Below are positions 31,297-32,000 of a stretch of DNA of 32,000 nt, one piece after another. The DNA comes from Alkalilimnicola ehrlichii MLHE-1 (GTDB taxonomy: Bacteria > Pseudomonadota > Gammaproteobacteria > Nitrococcales > Halorhodospiraceae), in assembly GCF_000014785.1 (NCBI RefSeq), contig NC_008340.1, positions 2,490,001 through 2,522,000 on the forward strand. The letters run 5' to 3'. The translations under genes and the position numbers were made by a program. The first letter of the stretch is position 1; every line of letters begins with the position of its first letter. Under the pieces are notes generated by a model. It was not told the origin of the DNA. It was given only the letters and a program-made list of their open reading frames with translations, and searched no databases.

Positions 31297-32000
31297 TGTC
31301 CGCCCTCCCCGTCCTCCACCCGCAGCTCCGCGGAGCGGGCGTGGGCGGTCAACCCCTCGCCACGGGCCAGCACGCTGGCCACCCGGCCCAGCTTCACCGC
31401 CCCGGCCGGCGAGCAGTTGATCAGGCTGCTGCGCTTCTGGAAGTCATACACCCCCAGCGGCGAGGCAAAGCGGGCCGTGCGCGAGGTGGGTAGCACGTGG
31501 TTCGGCCCGGCGCAGTAATCGCCCAGGGCCTCCGCGGTGTAGCGGCCCAGGAAGATGGCGCCGGCGTGGCGGATGTAGCCGGCCAGCTTCTCCGGCTCGG
31601 CCACCGACAGCTCCAAGTGCTCCGGGGCGATGCGGTTGGCCACCTCGGCCGCCTCATGCAGGTCGCGCACGTTGATCAACGCACCGCGCTTTGCCAGCGC
31701 GGTGCGGATGATGTCCGAGCGCTCCATCTCCGGCAGACCGTTCTCCATGGCCGTCTGCACCTGGTCCAGGAACATCGGATCCGGAGAGACCAGGATGGCC
31801 TGGGCCTCCTCGTCGTGCTCGGCCTGGGAGAAGAGGTCCTGGGCGATCCACTCCGGATCGGTCTGGCCGTCGCAGATGACCAGGATCTCGGAGGGGCCGG
31901 CGATCATGTCGATGCCCACCACGCCGAAGACGCGGCGCTTGGCCTCGGCCACAAAGGCGTTGCCGGGGCCGACGATCTTATCCACGGCGGGGATGGTCTC
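31293..32000 (-). CDS. hisD: Histidinol dehydrogenase, C-terminal ~235 aa (5' end outside the window)
   Basis: The frame is open to the window edge. Motifs [42 protein letters not shown] and [13 protein letters not shown]. Confidence 0.95.
   Translation of the reverse strand, partial: ETIPAVDKIVGPGNAFVAEAKRRVFGVVGIDMIAGPSEILVICDGQTDPEWIAQDLFSQAEHDEEAQAILVSPDPMFLDQVQTAMENGLPEMERSDIIRTALAKRGALINVRDLHEAAEVANRIAPEHLELSVAEPEKLAGYIRHAGAIFLGRYTAEALGDYCAGPNHVLPTSRTARFASPLGVYDFQKRSSLINCSPAGAVKLGRVASVLARGEGLTAHARSAELRVEDGEGGQ

Overview
This is a very GC-rich gammaproteobacterial core-chromosome segment. Its gene order resembles Pseudomonas, and the taxon cannot be fixed from this window alone.

Contents in order:
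- The 3' end of uvrA (+).
- A complete 17-gene division/cell-wall (dcw) cluster on the minus strand, from 19441 down to 801: mraZ-rsmH-ftsL-ftsI-murE-murF-mraY-murD-ftsW-murG-murC-murB-ddl-ftsQ-ftsA-ftsZ-lpxC.
- The RNase P RNA gene rnpB (-), just upstream of the mraZ promoter.
- rsmI (-), divergent from lpoA-yraN-diaA (+).
- sspA-sspB and the cytochrome bc1 operon petA-petB-petC (-).
- A Nif3-family gene (-), divergent from a DegS/AlgW-type protease (+).
- hisC and the 3' two-thirds of hisD (-).

Coding density is very high, and every substantial ORF has a clear housekeeping identity with family motifs visible in the translation. I see no mobile element, CRISPR array, tRNA/rRNA gene, defence island or unexplained multi-gene block, so I do not find a novel system here.

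The findings are modest:
- a putative MraZ operator
- the rnpB/dcw junction
- a non-canonical Rieske box II
- translational coupling across the dcw cluster
- a few structured intergenic regions

Many long ORFs in the six-frame track are antisense or N-terminal-extension artefacts of the GC-rich composition. Starts were re-picked by homology, RBS and stop/start coupling. RNA ends and promoter calls are approximate (a few nt) and unverified.
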